Shown piece after piece: positions 44,114 through 46,224 of a stretch of DNA of 46,224 nt; position 1 is the stretch's first letter, and every line of letters begins with the position of its first letter. Source of the stretch: Klebsormidium nitens (taxonomy: Eukaryota > Plantae > Klebsormidiophyceae); contig DF237602.1 in the NCBI GenBank assembly GCA_000708835.1, positions 1 to 46,224 on the forward strand. The letters run 5' to 3'. Below the pieces are notes generated by a model. That model worked only from the letters and a program-made list of their open reading frames with translations. It was not told where the DNA came from and made no database searches. The position numbers and the translations under genes were made by a program.

Positions 44114-46224
44114 GGCGAGGGAGTAAGAACAGCAGATGGAGGGGTGTGACAGCAGGAGGTAGCTCGACGGCTGGACAACCTGTCCAGAGGTGTGCTGCGG
44201 CAAGATTACGAAGAGAATTGCAGCTGAACTTATCTTTCTCCCTAGTATTGCCGCACTTGGACTATATTGAGTCCCCGACTGGTGAACCCTTTGAAAGGCC
44301 TTGCCATCTGCGGGACTGTCAAGTATACCCTGCAAAGAGCAAGCAAATAAATAGTTCAGAATCCAAGAAGAGTGGAAGAAAGCTTGAGAGGTCTAGAAAT
44401 TGTTTGATACGAGAACAACACGTTCAGGAGGTGTATGTTGCTCTGGACATAGACAGCCTCTCAGAAGCCAGTCTGTTCACTCAAAAACGCTGAATATCAT
44501 GTGGAAAATGAGTCATGACCCCATCAGGACAGAACTCAATAGGCCATGCTGTTCCCAAAGTACATCCTATTTCATAAACCAAGTGTCAGTTGTTCCTCAA
44601 TTGAAGAAGGTGTTGTTTCCTTACCAGTCTAAGTTGGTTCCTTGCCGCATGGATAAACGCCATGTCTCTGGACCAGCTGCAACTCTCTGTTGGGTTGGGG
44701 CCAAGAACGGTGTTGCTACTCAACTTACCTGGAACTAACCTGTAACACACGAGAGTTCTACTCAAAAAGATCTCCAATTGCTTGCGGGTTTAAAATGACA
44801 TAGGCTGGCTCTATTCAGACCAAAACTGCTGGTCTTTGACGTTGAAAGAGCGAGACGAAGTTGCTGAGATCAATTGAAGGAATGTAGGTTGTTCCGTAGG
44901 TAGGCTGAGGAGAGGCGAAACAAGAGGCACGGTCTTTGCAACGCTTCTAAGCATGCTGATCTCTCAAATGAGAGAAAGCGACTCAAACAGGCAGGGCAAA
45001 TGAAGAGCGAAGGATTGGAAGCCACCAACATAGCAGTGACTGGAGTTCTGCGTTAAATTTGGAAGGTTGACCCTTCAAAATGATCTCAGCTGTGGCTATA
45101 CAGAACTTGCACAGTAAATACCTCCACGATTGGCACAGCGAATGCAACATTGAAATGCGAAAGTACTATGCCCCCCGGCAGACTTGAACTTTTGGCACCA
45201 ATAGATTAGCCAGCCAAAAGGCAATGCTGTCTCCCAGAGCTCCTATAGGGAACAGTTTTCTGCTGTAAACATCAGGGGGTAAGCGGACTTTTCTTATTGC
45301 GGTGGCAAACCGGTACTAGGAACTTTGTCAGTTTTCCAACTTTATGGAAAACTGGCCTAAATGTCCTTTAGAATGACATTGACTTCAGGAGGGCCAGCTT
45401 TCACAGATTTTGCCACTGTTGTGAATGATGGGGTACCACACACATGTAATTTCTTCAGGTTTGATCTGATTTCAGAGTCAGTCAGGATAGCTAGCCTGCG
45501 CTGCTACAGAAATAAATTTTGTCTCAATACAGTAGGTGTTTCTATCTCACCTCAAGGTTAGCATGGAACCCCCGCTCCTCACTTCATTGACAAGCAACAG
45601 CAGTGCAAGCGGTGGTGCACTTTTTGTTCCTAATGTACAGCTCTATGTACCATTCCAAGCCCCTTGAAATGCAGTCAATGTAAACAGCACGGGCCGCGCT
45701 TGAAAGAAAGCCTGCTTAATTCTGCTTTCTAAAGGGTAACCATATTAAAGTCCAAAAGTTCCTGCTGATACTGTAAAGTTGGCCAGTGGTGCTTCGATCA
45801 AAAGACAAAACCCAGTTGCTTCCCTGAGGAGGACGCCCTTCCTAGCTACCTACATCGCCCCTGCAGTATTAGAAACTAAGAGGTGGAGAGATTGGCTCGC
45901 CAAATTAACCTGAGGCTTAAGAGAATTTTTGAGGGGTGTGGGACATTGGCCCCCCATTGGCCTACCGGCCAATGTTCTCCACATATAGAGCCTTCAATAC
46001 TAGAATATGTACGTATTATGTTTGCATGCTGGATACACAAGTACGTAGGATACTGTGACGGTATCGTAACTATCAGTATAATCAGTCTCAATGTGTAAGA
46101 TAATTGAAAGCTCCGACGTACGCATTACGGTGATTACCATTTCGAGATGGAATTCCTAAGGCTATATATAGGGTCCCATAGGGTCTTTACACACAGGTGA
46201 ACTAGAAATGCCACCGGATCACCG

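Overview
Eukaryotic nuclear DNA with GT-AG introns. Gene content (plastid LPAT1, CCB4), mid GC and intron style best fit a streptophyte green alga such as Klebsormidium (inference; no search run). From left to right: (1) a frameshifted retrotransposon gag-like remnant running off the left edge; (2) a cluster of four paralogous genes (-,+,-,+) encoding multi-pass membrane proteins with a WW domain and a transit-peptide-like N-terminus, which I cannot assign to a known family; (3) plastid lysophosphatidic acid acyltransferase LPAT1 (5 exons); (4) a divergently transcribed calcineurin-like metallophosphoesterase (8 exons); (5) a 6-exon, ~820-aa secreted mosaic protein: Cys-rich N-terminus, three CBM1-like 6-Cys modules, (PxPTT)14 stalk, SEA-like segment and a C-terminal His-Asp secretory phospholipase A2 domain; (6) a GTAC-dense intergenic patch; (7) an animal/actinobacterial-type catechol O-methyltransferase; (8) a Lys-rich protein with a C-terminal Tudor domain; (9) CCB4. 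Introns of LPAT1 and the phosphoesterase contain decayed tandem copies of their own exons and splice sites. Five single-base frameshifts interrupt otherwise intact reading frames; four are fixed by adding one base to a short homopolymer, which suggests assembly error rather than pseudogenes. No rRNA, tRNA or CRISPR found. Exon models were built by hand from splice signals, phase and remembered homolog motifs and need RNA-seq confirmation.
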